NCBI GenBank assembly: GCA_047284725.1
Contig: JBJBEO010000001.1
Coordinates: 256,001-320,000, forward strand
Length of the DNA: 64,000 bases
Origin: Synechococcus sp.
GTDB taxonomy: Bacteria; Cyanobacteriota; Cyanobacteriia; PCC-6307; Cyanobiaceae
Reading direction: 5' to 3'
The notes beneath the pieces are model-generated. The model was not told where the DNA came from, did not search any database, and saw only the letters and a list, made by a program, of their open reading frames with translations. Of this stretch, positions 49,551-61,444 are shown in pieces (position 1 is the first letter of the stretch; every line of letters begins with the position of its first letter). Made by a program: the position numbers and the translations under genes.

Positions 49551-51764
49551 TTATGTAGGCGATGGTGGCTTGATGCCGACGATGCGTTGATGATTCAGCA
49601 CTTGTGGCAGTTGTTGTGAGCCGGCCTGGTTCAACAGCCTGGTCAGCAAGGCGACTTCGCGCTTGCCTTGTGTCCCTGCGGCAAGCAGCTGACGGTAGGG
49701 ACGATCCTTCCCCAGCCAACGCTCCTTAAGTGCGCTGTCGACCGGCAGGCTGAGTCGTTCCTCCCACTGGTCATGCTGCAGTTGCCAACCCTGATGTTGT
49801 AGTGCTTCCAGGAAGCTCGCCTGAGTGCCCGGTGGCTTCAGCCAGGTCTGCTCTCGTTGCAGGAGCTGGTGCAGGAGTTCCTGCTCCTCGGTGTTGAGAG
49901 GAGAGAGTCCCTTGAGTTGACGCAGGGCTGCGGCTGGTCCAAGGCCGGCGTTGGTGAACAACAGGCGCAGTTGGCAACCTGCGCCGCATCGTCTCTGCAG
50001 CTGCTTGAGCATCGCCGGATGGCTGAGTCGCTCGAGATCCTGCCGATTCAGCCTTCCGCCAACGATTTCAAAGCAGTGATCAGGTGGGAGTGTTTCCAGA
50101 TCCCGGTGATCGCCGACCAAGTTTGGGCGTTGAAGGGGGTCGAGCAGCTGCAGTTGTGCCTTGAGGCGATTGATGGCGTTGTCGGTTGGACAGAGGATGG
50201 TGAGCCCGCCCTCAGCAACGTTGGCCAGGGGATCGAGGCTCCAGAGCAAGGAGGTTCCCCCCAACATCAGGACCCGGTCCGTGCGCTTCCAGCGCAGGTC
50301 TTGCCAGAGCTTGCTGCGTAAATCCTGCAGTCGTTCGCCATCTTGACTGAGTTGGCGCTGCAGCCACCGCTCCATCTCTGGCACCTCGGGACCGCTGCTC
50401 ACCAGCAGGGGGTGCTCTTCGACAGCTTCGGCCGCGGCAGCCAGCTGGGCTGCACGGCGTTCCAGCATCCGTTGCCGTCGCTGGCCTTCCCAGCCTTGCT
50501 GACTGGGGGTCCAGAACACTTCTCCCTGTAGCGCAGTCGGGAGGTATTGCTGTGCAACCCAATGCTCCCGAAAGGCGTGGGGGTAGCGGTAGCCCTTGCC
50601 ATCGCCGAAGGCGTCGCCGTCGCGGTGGGCATCGCGTAGATGGCTTGGGACGTCCTGCCGGTCGCTGGCGCGGACGTGTTTAATCGCTTCGAAAAGACCG
50701 ATGGTGCTGTTGCTTTTCTCCGTGTTGGCGAGATACAGCGCTGCTTGGGCCAAGGGGTAAAGCCCCTCCGGAAGACCGATGCGTTCGAAAGCGGCTGCAC
50801 AGGCCTCCACCACCACAACGGCCTGAGGGTCGGCGAGACCGACGTCTTCTCCAGCTGCGATCAACATCCGCCGGAAGATGAAGCGCGGGTTTTCCCCTGC
50901 TTCCACCATGCGTGCCAGCCAGAAGAGGGCAGCGTCAGGATCGGAACCTCGCAGGGATTTGATGAAGGCGCTGATGGTGTCGAAATGGGCGTCGCCCTGT
51001 TTGTCGTACAGAACCGCCCGCTCCTGGATCGACTCCTCGGCGATGGTGAGGTTGATCTGAATGCTGTTGTCGTCATGGGGCGGTGTGCTCTCCACTGCCA
51101 ACTCGAGGGCGTTGAGGAGGCTCCGGGCATCACCGTTGGCGACGTTCACAAGATGATCGCTCGCTTCGTCGCTGATGTGCACCTGACGTTCGCCGTAACC
51201 CCGTTCTTGGTCGTTCAGGGCGCGCTGCAACAGATCGCGCAGATCGTTGGGGGCAAGGGTTTGCAGACGGAACAGGCGTGAACGGCTCACAAGGGCCTTG
51301 TTCACTTCGAAATAGGGGTTTTCGGTGGTCGCTCCGATCAGCGTCAGGGTGCCGTTTTCAACCCAGGGCAACAGTGCATCCTGCTGGGCGCTGTTGAAGC
51401 GATGCACTTCATCAATGAAGAGGATGGTGCGCAGACCATGGCGCTCGAGCCGTTGCCGGGCGTCATCCACTTCGTTGCGGAGATCCTTCACCCCCGCCAG
51501 AACGGCATTGAGACTGCTGAAGTGAGCGCGGGTGTGGTTGGCGATGATGCGCGCCAGGGTTGTTTTGCCGACTCCTGGTGGGCCATGGAGAAGGAGATTG
51601 CCAACGCGATCGGCGGCAATGGCGCGTCGGAGTAGGCGTCCCTCCGCCAGGATCGCGCCCTGACCGACGAATTCATCGAGGGTGCGCGGCCGCATCCGAT
51701 CCGCCAGTGGAGCCTGGCGTTGGCGCAGCTGATCGCCCTGATGGGAGAACAGGTCTGCCGTCAT
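49551..51764 (-). CDS. rarA: replication-associated recombination AAA+ ATPase (RarA/MgsA) with C-terminal extension
   Basis: [46 protein letters not shown]. Confidence 0.92.
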   Translation of the reverse strand: MTADLFSHQGDQLRQRQAPLADRMRPRTLDEFVGQGAILAEGRLLRRAIAADRVGNLLLHGPPGVGKTTLARIIANHTRAHFSSLNAVLAGVKDLRNEVDDARQRLERHGLRTILFIDEVHRFNSAQQDALLPWVENGTLTLIGATTENPYFEVNKALVSRSRLFRLQTLAPNDLRDLLQRALNDQERGYGERQVHISDEASDHLVNVANGDARSLLNALELAVESTPPHDDNSIQINLTIAEESIQERAVLYDKQGDAHFDTISAFIKSLRGSDPDAALFWLARMVEAGENPRFIFRRMLIAAGEDVGLADPQAVVVVEACAAAFERIGLPEGLYPLAQAALYLANTEKSNSTIGLFEAIKHVRASDRQDVPSHLRDAHRDGDAFGDGKGYRYPHAFREHWVAQQYLPTALQGEVFWTPSQQGWEGQRRQRMLERRAAQLAAAAEAVEEHPLLVSSGPEVPEMERWLQRQLSQDGERLQDLRSKLWQDLRWKRTDRVLMLGGTSLLWSLDPLANVAEGGLTILCPTDNAINRLKAQLQLLDPLQRPNLVGDHRDLETLPPDHCFEIVGGRLNRQDLERLSHPAMLKQLQRRCGAGCQLRLLFTNAGLGPAAALRQLKGLSPLNTEEQELLHQLLQREQTWLKPPGTQASFLEALQHQGWQLQHDQWEERLSLPVDSALKERWLGKDRPYRQLLAAGTQGKREVALLTRLLNQAGSQQLPQVLNHQRIVGIKPPSPT

Positions 51765-51852
51765 GGCGAGATTTCCATTCACCAATTTTGACCCTGTTCG
51801 GATCATTTTTTTTGTTTTGCATACCCATAATTCGATTGGACATGGAGTGCCT

Positions 51853-52989
51853 GTGAACCGTTCCGTTCGAGCCGTGGGTCTGTTGTCGCTGGGACTCGTG
51901 CTCACGGCCTGTGGCCCTTCCGACCCGCAGCGTCCACCCGTGGCGGTGGAACAGGCTCCTGTGCAGAACGCCACATTCACGGATGACGTGGATACGGTGA
52001 GCACGCTTGAGGCCTATGAGCTGGTGCAGCTGGCCGCTCAGACCTCCGGCAGGGTGCTGGAGCTCAAGATCAGCCAGGGCGATCAGATTGAACCTGGCCA
52101 GCTGTTGGTGGTGCTGGATCAGACCCAACTGCGAGCCGACCTGGCCGCGCAGAAAGCCAAGGCGGCCACGGCCAAGCTCGACTGGCAGCGGGAGGAGTTC
52201 CTGGCGCGGGTTGGCGCCTCGTCGCTGCGACAGCGGGACAGCTACCGCACGCGATACATCTCCGCCGCCGAGGAGGTGAAATCGCTTGAGGCCACGCTGA
52301 GTTACAGCAACCTCCGCTCCCCTACGGGCGGCACTGTGGCCGATGTGCAGGTGAAAGTGGGCGATGTGGTGCAACGCAACCAGCCGTTCACCAGCGTGGT
52401 GAAGAACAACAGGCTGGAAGCACGGGTCGAAGTGCCGGCGGTGTTTGGTGAGCGTCTCGCCATCGGCCAGCCCGTTCTGCTCACGGCTCCAGGCAGCTCC
52501 AAGGTGCTGGCCACCGGCACAGTCGATTCGATTGACCCCCAGGTGAATGCTCTGACCCAGGGGCTCCTGGTGAAGGCTTTGTTTGCGAATGACGATGGCA
52601 AGTTGCGCAGCGGCCAGCGGCTGCGCACGCGTGTGCAGTTGCAGTCTCAGCAGAAGATGTCGGTGCCGTTTGCGGCCGTGACGCAGACCTCCGGACAGAG
52701 TTTCGTGTTCCGGATGGGCAGCTTTGAGGACCTGAAGTCCGATCCCGGTAAAGCCGACATCGAACGGATCAGCAAGGGCATTGAACTGGGCAAGTTGCCG
52801 GCCAATACGCTCTTCGCGCTGCAGACCCCCGTCACGGTGGGCGAGTTGCAAAACAATCGTTACCCCATCACCAAAGGGCTGAGCCTGAATCAGAAGGTGA
52901 TCACCACCAACCTGCTCAATCTCAAACATGGGATGCCGGTGCAGCTCAAACCGGCTGGGGCCTCCTCAGCCTCTGCTCCTAAGAACTGA
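51853..52989 (+). CDS. RND efflux periplasmic adaptor lipoprotein
   Basis: Lipobox LTAC, lipoyl halves (SGRV...GD; SPTGGTV), LRSGQ; upstream of the RND permease. Confidence 0.92.
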   Translation: MNRSVRAVGLLSLGLVLTACGPSDPQRPPVAVEQAPVQNATFTDDVDTVSTLEAYELVQLAAQTSGRVLELKISQGDQIEPGQLLVVLDQTQLRADLAAQKAKAATAKLDWQREEFLARVGASSLRQRDSYRTRYISAAEEVKSLEATLSYSNLRSPTGGTVADVQVKVGDVVQRNQPFTSVVKNNRLEARVEVPAVFGERLAIGQPVLLTAPGSSKVLATGTVDSIDPQVNALTQGLLVKALFANDDGKLRSGQRLRTRVQLQSQQKMSVPFAAVTQTSGQSFVFRMGSFEDLKSDPGKADIERISKGIELGKLPANTLFALQTPVTVGELQNNRYPITKGLSLNQKVITTNLLNLKHGMPVQLKPAGASSASAPKN

Positions 52990-52998
52990 GGCTGAGGC

Positions 52999-55900
52999 AT
53001 GTCTGCATCCAATAACTTCATCACCAGACCGGTCCTGAGCACGGTCTGCAGTCTTCTGATCGTGATCGTTGGCTTGATCGCGATTCCGATCCTGCCGATT
53101 GAGAATCTGCCGGATATTGCGCCGCCTACGGTGAAGGTCCAGGCCACCTACGTAGGGGCTGATGCTGTGTCGGTTGAACAGGGCGTCACCACCGTTTTGG
53201 AACAGCAGATCAACGGTGTCGAGGAGATGGATTTCATTACCTCCAATAGTTCATCGGATGGTGTGAGTTCGATCTCGGTGTCATTCAACAGTGGCACCGA
53301 TGGCAACATCAACCAAGTGAATGTTCAGAACCGCGTTTCGCTGGCTGAGCCGCAACTTCCGGAAGAGGTGCGCAAAGCCGGTGTCACGGTGAACAAGGCT
53401 TCGAATTCCATTCTGCTTGTTTATAACTTCGTTAATTCCGATCCTGACAAGACGGAATACAGCGTTGAGACCATCAGCGGTTACCTCGATAAGAACCTCA
53501 CGGACAACATCAAGCGGGTCCCAGGTGTGGGCGAGGTTACCTACTTCGGTAATCGCAAGGTGGCATTCCGTCTTTGGCTTGACCCCGAAAAGCTCGCCGC
53601 CAACGGCCTTACTCCCACCGATGTGGTGAACCAGCTCAGGAGCCAGAACCGACTGGTCCCTGCCGGCAAAGTGGGAGGTGCTCCCGCACCTGACGGCCAG
53701 GAGTTCACCTTCACGGTGCAACTGCAGGGGCGCCTCACCTCAGAGACGGAGTTTGAGAACATCGTGCTCAGGACCACTGCGGATGGTGGACTGATCAAGC
53801 TCCGCGATGTGGGTCGCGTCAGCCTCGGCGGTGAGACCTACGGCATCGATGCCATGGATCTCAATGGCATTCCATCGGTTGGTGTGGCTGTTTATCAGCT
53901 TTCCGGTAGTAACGCAATCCAAGTGTCGAACGGCGTCAAGGAGGTGATCGCTGACTTCGAGCAAACCCTGCCGGTGGGGCTTGAGTCCGAGGTGATTTAC
54001 GACACGACGGACTTCATTAACCAGTCGATTAAGGGGGTCACCAACTCTCTGCGCGATGCAGTGATTCTGGTCGTCCTCATTCTGTTCCTCTTTCTTCAGA
54101 ACTGGAAGGCAACGCTGGTTCCTGCCATTGCCATTCCAGTGGCACTGATCGGCACCTTCGCTCTCGTCCTGGCCTTCGGCTTCTCTCTCAACCAGCTCAC
54201 CTTGTTCGGGTTGGTTCTGGCGACTGGACTGGTGGTGGATGACGCCATCACCGTGGTTGAAGATACATCGGCGAAGAAGGCAGAAGGCCTGACATCGGTG
54301 CAGGCGGCCATGGCCACTATGGATGAACTGTTCAGCGCTGTGATCGCCACGTCATTGGTGAAGATGGCCGTGTTTCTGCCGGTTCTCTTTTTCCCTGGAG
54401 CGACAGGAACGATCTACAAGCAGTTTGCGGCCACGATTCTGTTTTCGATCGGTATCTCCACCTTCAATGCCCTGACGTTCTCTCCGATGCTGGCGGCGCT
54501 TCTGCTCTCACGGGAGACCAAGGAGCTCACCAAGCAGCAATACGCCACGGCAGGTGTCTGTCTCGGGTTTGTGTACGGCTTGCTCAGTGCCGGTGACGGT
54601 GCCGCCGTGGTGATCCTTCCTGCAGTGGTTGGAGCCCTGCTGGGCTTTGTGCTTTCAAAGCTCACTGGACTTTCCCTGCGTCTGCCTGGTGCCGTTGGAG
54701 GCGCTGTTGTCGGATTGGTGGTGGTGGGTGTCACCAATCTGATCCCTGTGGTGTTGTTCACCGCGATCGGGGGTGGTGTGGGTTGGTTTGTTCCTGTGAT
54801 CTTTGCCCGCTTCAACATCCTTTATGCCGCGTTTGAACAGCGGTATTCCAAACTGCTGGATCTGGTGCTGAAGGCACGCCCCGTGGTGATGGGAGCGTTG
54901 GCGGTGGGCATCTTGCTCACGGGCTTCGCCTTCACCCGAATCCCCGGAGGTTTTGTCCCGATCGAAGACCAGGGTTATGCCATTGGTTTTGTTCAGGCAC
55001 CGGATGGCGTGTCCAACGAAACGACTCTGGCCATCAACAGAAAGGTCGCAGAGGTGCTGCGCAGTGAAGACGACATCAAAGCGGCTGCATTGTTCAGTGG
55101 GGCTAGCCTCGATGGCAATGCTCCCAACAAGGGTCTGTTTTTCTTCGGTACCAAACACTGGGATGAGCGATCCGGCAATGAGCAAAGCGTCAAGGCGATC
55201 GTTGAACGTCTGAACAAAAAGCTGTTCATGACGGTGGATGGTGGTCGGGTGTTTGTGGTGGAGCCCCCGTCCATTCCCGGCTATGGCGCTGGGGGTGGCT
55301 TTGAATTCCAGTTGCTCGATCAGAGCAGCGGTGCCTATGCCCTCAATCAGTTCTTCGCATCTGCCGGTCAGATCATTCAGGCCGGTAATGCCAACCCGCT
55401 GCTGAATCGCGTCTACACCTTGTTCTCGCCTGAATCTCCTCAGATTGAGATCAAGGTGGACCGCGACAGAATGGCCTCGCTCGGCGTTGACTTCGGCACG
55501 GCGATGCAGGCCTTCAGTGTCAATTTTGGTGGGGCTTATGTCAATGACACGTTCCAGGAAGGCAAGGTACGCCGCGTCTATGTGCAGTCAGATGAGGCCA
55601 ATCGCGCCACGCCTGAACAGTTGTCCACCCTGTATGTGAAGAACATCAAGGGCGATCAGATTCCCCTTGCTGAATTCTTCACGGTGAAGCCCACCAATGG
55701 CCCAAGTGTGATTCCCCACTTCAATCTGTACCGCTCGATCAAGATTGAAGGGACGCCAGCGGCTGGGAGGAGTTCCGGTCAGGCGATTGGGACGATGAAG
55801 ACCCTGTTCACCGATGGCAACTTCCAAGGGCTTGGTTTTGACTGGACCGGGATCTCAAGAGAGGAGGTGAAGGCAGGATCTCTGGCTGTGGTGATCTTTG

Positions 55901-56409
55901 CCCTTGGCATTCTTGCGGTGTTTCTTGTTCTCTCGGCGCAGTACGAGAGTTACACCGACCCCATCATCATTCTGCTCACGGTTCCCACAGCGTTGCTCGG
56001 TGCACTGGTGTTCCTTGGGGCAGCTGGCCAGGTGCTCAACATCTACGCCCAGGTCGGTCTTGTGATGCTGATCGGTTTGGCAGGCGGGAACGCGATTTTG
56101 ATCGTCGACCTCGCCAATCAGCAGATGGGTGAAGGGGCTTCTGCGCTGGAGGCGGCGCGGTTTGCCGCCCAGTCGCGATTGCGGCCGATCTTGATGACAG
56201 CGATTTCATCGCTGACAGGATTTCTGCCGTTGATGCTGGCCAGCGGAGCCGGTGCCCAGAGTCAGTCTTCGCTTGGTCTGGTGGTGTTCGGGGGGTTGTT
56301 GGTCGCCACCTTCCTGTCCACCTTGGTGGTTCCGGTGTTTTACGTGGTGATGAAGTCCTTGACAGGTCAGGCTGAAGCCAGGCCAGCTGCTGACACTGAG
56401 GTGGGTTGA
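52999..56409 (+). CDS. RND efflux permease (AcrB/HAE1-like)
   Basis: FITRPV, PDIAPP, GLVVDDAI, RLRPILMT. Confidence 0.95.
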   Translation: MSASNNFITRPVLSTVCSLLIVIVGLIAIPILPIENLPDIAPPTVKVQATYVGADAVSVEQGVTTVLEQQINGVEEMDFITSNSSSDGVSSISVSFNSGTDGNINQVNVQNRVSLAEPQLPEEVRKAGVTVNKASNSILLVYNFVNSDPDKTEYSVETISGYLDKNLTDNIKRVPGVGEVTYFGNRKVAFRLWLDPEKLAANGLTPTDVVNQLRSQNRLVPAGKVGGAPAPDGQEFTFTVQLQGRLTSETEFENIVLRTTADGGLIKLRDVGRVSLGGETYGIDAMDLNGIPSVGVAVYQLSGSNAIQVSNGVKEVIADFEQTLPVGLESEVIYDTTDFINQSIKGVTNSLRDAVILVVLILFLFLQNWKATLVPAIAIPVALIGTFALVLAFGFSLNQLTLFGLVLATGLVVDDAITVVEDTSAKKAEGLTSVQAAMATMDELFSAVIATSLVKMAVFLPVLFFPGATGTIYKQFAATILFSIGISTFNALTFSPMLAALLLSRETKELTKQQYATAGVCLGFVYGLLSAGDGAAVVILPAVVGALLGFVLSKLTGLSLRLPGAVGGAVVGLVVVGVTNLIPVVLFTAIGGGVGWFVPVIFARFNILYAAFEQRYSKLLDLVLKARPVVMGALAVGILLTGFAFTRIPGGFVPIEDQGYAIGFVQAPDGVSNETTLAINRKVAEVLRSEDDIKAAALFSGASLDGNAPNKGLFFFGTKHWDERSGNEQSVKAIVERLNKKLFMTVDGGRVFVVEPPSIPGYGAGGGFEFQLLDQSSGAYALNQFFASAGQIIQAGNANPLLNRVYTLFSPESPQIEIKVDRDRMASLGVDFGTAMQAFSVNFGGAYVNDTFQEGKVRRVYVQSDEANRATPEQLSTLYVKNIKGDQIPLAEFFTVKPTNGPSVIPHFNLYRSIKIEGTPAAGRSSGQAIGTMKTLFTDGNFQGLGFDWTGISREEVKAGSLAVVIFALGILAVFLVLSAQYESYTDPIIILLTVPTALLGALVFLGAAGQVLNIYAQVGLVMLIGLAGGNAILIVDLANQQMGEGASALEAARFAAQSRLRPILMTAISSLTGFLPLMLASGAGAQSQSSLGLVVFGGLLVATFLSTLVVPVFYVVMKSLTGQAEARPAADTEVG

Positions 56410-56720
56410 TGCTTGATCGCAGCTCTTCGGTTCAACAGACCGAGAAGTCCTCAAAACAACGCTTTAACGGTTCGCGAGTGCTGGTGGCCATCGCGATCGG
56501 TGCTGCGGTGGGCGCGTTACTCGCGTACTTCCTCAAAGTGTTGATCGACAACACGCCGGCGGAGATTGATATCCGCCGGATGCGCTTGTTCTTCCTCATG
56601 GTGATCACCTCCTGTGGCTTGGCCGGATTCGCGATTGAATCAACCCGTCAGCTGCAGGAGCAGGCGACAGACCCTGTCTATCGCCATCCCAACCGTCACC
56701 GTGGTCGGCGTGTCAAGTGA
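56409..56720 (+). CDS. two-TM hypothetical protein
   Basis: ATG overlaps the permease stop; two hydrophobic helices. Confidence 0.7.
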   Translation: MLDRSSSVQQTEKSSKQRFNGSRVLVAIAIGAAVGALLAYFLKVLIDNTPAEIDIRRMRLFFLMVITSCGLAGFAIESTRQLQEQATDPVYRHPNRHRGRRVK

Positions 56721-56726
56721 CCGTGA

Positions 56727-58430
<1,704 letters not shown>

Positions 58431-58502
58431 TCAGCACCATGGCCATGACCACTTCTCGTAGCTATTGCTCAGAGAGAAACGTTCCAGCACCAGGAGCCCA
58501 AG

Positions 58503-58745
58503 GTGATGCAGATCGATCATCCCAATGCAGCCCCCCTCACTGCAGAGCAGGTGGAGGTTCTGGATCGCTTTCGTTTGCGGCTCGAGCAGATGGTGTCCAG
58601 CCATGGCCTCACGCCGTCAAACGTGGATGATCTGGTGCACGAGTTGAAGGCACATCCTCTGATCAGCGTTGAGCTGATGCAGAAGATTCGGGACGAGGTG
58701 GGGCGGCTCCTGCCCGGGCAACGGTTCACGTTTGATTGGGACTGA
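58503..58745 (+). CDS. hypothetical protein
   Basis: 80 aa, helical pattern, GGAG upstream. Confidence 0.6.
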   Translation: MMQIDHPNAAPLTAEQVEVLDRFRLRLEQMVSSHGLTPSNVDDLVHELKAHPLISVELMQKIRDEVGRLLPGQRFTFDWD

Positions 58746-59118
58746 CGCCCCCTGGTGTAGTGGGTGCCGGTTGTGCGGGTTCCTTGGGACCACAGACCAC
58801 CGACAACCTGCGGGCCGGACGATCGATGCTGTCGCGGCGTCTGTAGCTGTTCAGGGAGACGACCGTGGCGACCTGGAGCAGTTCCCAGACGGTGTCTTTG
58901 CAGGCTGCTGATAGGCGCGGGTGATCCATCAGCGGGTTGCTGAGGGTTCTGGTCTGATCACAGGATGCCTTTTTGTTTTCTCTGGAGCAGGCGTAGGCCT
59001 TGAGTTCGATTTGCCTGAGGGCATCCCGTGTGGGAAGAGGCACGGAGACCGGTTTGGCGTGAAGATCAGCTGGCACCGCCATCAGCACACAGATCAGGGC
59101 GGGCACCGTTGGTCGCAT
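58726..59118 (-). CDS. exported cysteine-containing hypothetical protein
   Basis: Signal-like N-terminus; CSREN...C...PLMDHPRL...CKD...C. Start uncertain (59118 or 59133). Confidence 0.75.
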   Translation of the reverse strand: MRPTVPALICVLMAVPADLHAKPVSVPLPTRDALRQIELKAYACSRENKKASCDQTRTLSNPLMDHPRLSAACKDTVWELLQVATVVSLNSYRRRDSIDRPARRLSVVCGPKEPAQPAPTTPGGVSPNQT

Positions 59119-60433
59119 GGGAATTGCAGTCATGCCGTCATCATGCACTGATTCTGGACTGCCTGGATGGGTCTTGAGACAGCCCATGTCAGATGTCAAC
59201 CTCATGGCGACGCAGAGCACAAACCATTGCATTGAAATAAGGAGGTGAAAATCCAGATGCCCTCATGGTGGAAAGCTCACTCTGTGTTCTTCGGAGGACG
59301 TGATTGATTGAATTGATTGATCTTTGCTCAGAGTTTTCAGCAGTGTTGGGAACTTGTTGTTGGCCCCAAGCTTGCTTCCCATGTTTAGTCAAGGATGATT
59401 CGGGTGGCTAAAAGTGCTTTCCCATTGCAGACTGTGTGATGTTTTACGGTGAGATCCGATCGTTTGTTTTTCTTGATTTGACTTCTTGGAGATGCTTCCA
59501 TGCATTCTTTCGTGGCTGTTCGCGCTGCCTGATTTGGTACCAATAAAAAACCGCAGAGGCTTTTGGTCGGAGCAGATGGAGGCCTTTTTGTTGGTTCTCT
59601 TGGTAAGAAGTGTGGAAATGCTGCCTTTGTCTTCCTTCAGGCATCACGGTGATGAAGTTTCAATTCCCCCCTTTCTAAACTCTTGGGAAAAATAAAGCTC
59701 GGTGCGATGGCACTGCCTTTGAAAACGCTGCATGGAGATCTGCCAGATATCTTGTTGCAGTCCCTTAGAAGGAGGAGGTGTCGTTCTCTCTTTCATCTCA
59801 AGGTCAAAGTGTTGCTGAGTTAGGGGTCGTGCATTGAAATCATTGTTGTCTGGATCAAGCTTCTGCAAGGAGATATCAATTCCTTGTTGAAGAGGGCTTT
59901 GCTTTCGCCCTGGGATTTCATTCCCTGGGTACGCTTAAAGGCTTTTGATCTTGGCACGATTACTTCTTTTCATGCACCATGCAAGGCCAGGTAATTCCTG
60001 GATGGTTTGTTTTTTTTGTTGATGGAAAGTGTATGCTTTTCGTTGGATGCGGAGCCCATGGGGCTTAGGGCTGGTCTTGCCAGGTCGCCTTGCGGCAAGG
60101 TCGCCAAGAATGACATTGGCTTAAAGTGCTGACTAGTGCCATGACTAGTAATGGCAAAAACCTCGTAAAACTCGCTGATAGGAGAGGTTGAGAATGTATG
60201 GATGCTATGCCTTAGTAGAGACAGCTTTCGTAAAAGTGCCCAAATATTTTTTGTGTTGTGGAGTATGAGCCTTGTTCGAGTTTCGATTTATTGGCAACGA
60301 GCCAATTGCAAGTGAATGTCGATTGCTTGCTGTTTGGCTTAGGCATTGCTGCGTACTCTATTGGTTGCAATTTTATATAAAGCGACCATTGCTCTTGCGG
60401 TCACTTTAAAATTCATCAGATCAGTTTTTTGAG

Positions 60434-61444
60434 ATGGAAGAGAGCTTGCAGGAATGCCTAGGACGCTTTGAAGCATTGGGAGGTGTTGCAGAAAATGTTT
60501 GCCAAAGAGAAGGGGACTTTGGGCGCGGCATGTTTCCCGTTGATGCATCGCGCAGTGCGAAAATCATGGCCCCCAAGAACCTTCTTGTTGACAGCGGCAA
60601 TCTGGGGATTTGTGGCGGTGAAATTATGATCAAAGACAAAGCTCGTTATACGGCCCAGGAGGCGGCATTTTTGGGAGATTACTATAATAATTATTCGTGG
60701 GGTAATAATGGAAACAGTGACTCTGCTTCTTTCCTGAAGTTTATTGCTTCTTTGTCAAGCACGATCAAGAAACAGCTTCTTGTCAATGGATTTGTTGATC
60801 GCAAGCTTCTTGGCTACTGTGACGATAGCGATCATTTATTAAAACGATTTATTGATGAGAGGGTCGTCGAATTTCATGGCCGTAATGTGCTTGCTCCTGT
60901 ATGGGAATTTGTGAATCACAGTTCGTTTGTGCCTCCGCTTAGAGTAACTCCTCATGGAGTCGAAACACCACCAATGGAGCGGGGTTCAGGAGAGATTCTT
61001 TTTAAATATAGTGCAAAAAATAGCCCTATGGGCATGTGGAGAAAATATGGATTTGCGTGCAGTTGCGTTGTGGCTTATAGCATTCCTTTTGAAATGACTG
61101 TTGACAATCAACCTCTCTCGGTCAGTTGCTCCGGTCAGCTTGGTTCAGATTCTAAGGATGGGAAAAACTTCTCTGTTGTTGGCAACAGGCTATTGATTAA
61201 GTCTTTGCCGGTGGGTTGTTTATCCGTTGGCCTTCCATTTTCTAACTTTTCTTCGATTTTAGCTTCGGTTGGCTTATCGCAAGCGACTGCGAATAAGTTG
61301 TTCTCAAGAATCCTCGAAGCCAATATTAAGGCCCGCTGCGATCTGATTGGTCTGTTTCAAGGGCCTGGGTTGGGCGCCCAAGCTCAATTGCACAAAGCCT
61401 TGTCCTATGAGATTAGTCTTATTGAGAGCTCTTCGCTTGATTAA
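60434..61444 (+). CDS. putative SET-domain (LSMT/SETD3-like) methyltransferase
   Basis: GRGMF...APKNLLV, VLAPVWEFVNHS and GEILFKYSAKNSPMGMWRKYGF occur in canonical SET motif order. CDS is solid; function is inferred. Confidence 0.65.
   Translation: MEESLQECLGRFEALGGVAENVCQREGDFGRGMFPVDASRSAKIMAPKNLLVDSGNLGICGGEIMIKDKARYTAQEAAFLGDYYNNYSWGNNGNSDSASFLKFIASLSSTIKKQLLVNGFVDRKLLGYCDDSDHLLKRFIDERVVEFHGRNVLAPVWEFVNHSSFVPPLRVTPHGVETPPMERGSGEILFKYSAKNSPMGMWRKYGFACSCVVAYSIPFEMTVDNQPLSVSCSGQLGSDSKDGKNFSVVGNRLLIKSLPVGCLSVGLPFSNFSSILASVGLSQATANKLFSRILEANIKARCDLIGLFQGPGLGAQAQLHKALSYEISLIESSSLD

Noticed and set aside
51673..52929. Long antisense ORFs (this 418-aa one; also 5052-6272, 34238-35380, 57081-58298, 48456-49496)
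   Set aside because: They are shadow frames opposite well-supported GC-rich genes and show no family motifs.
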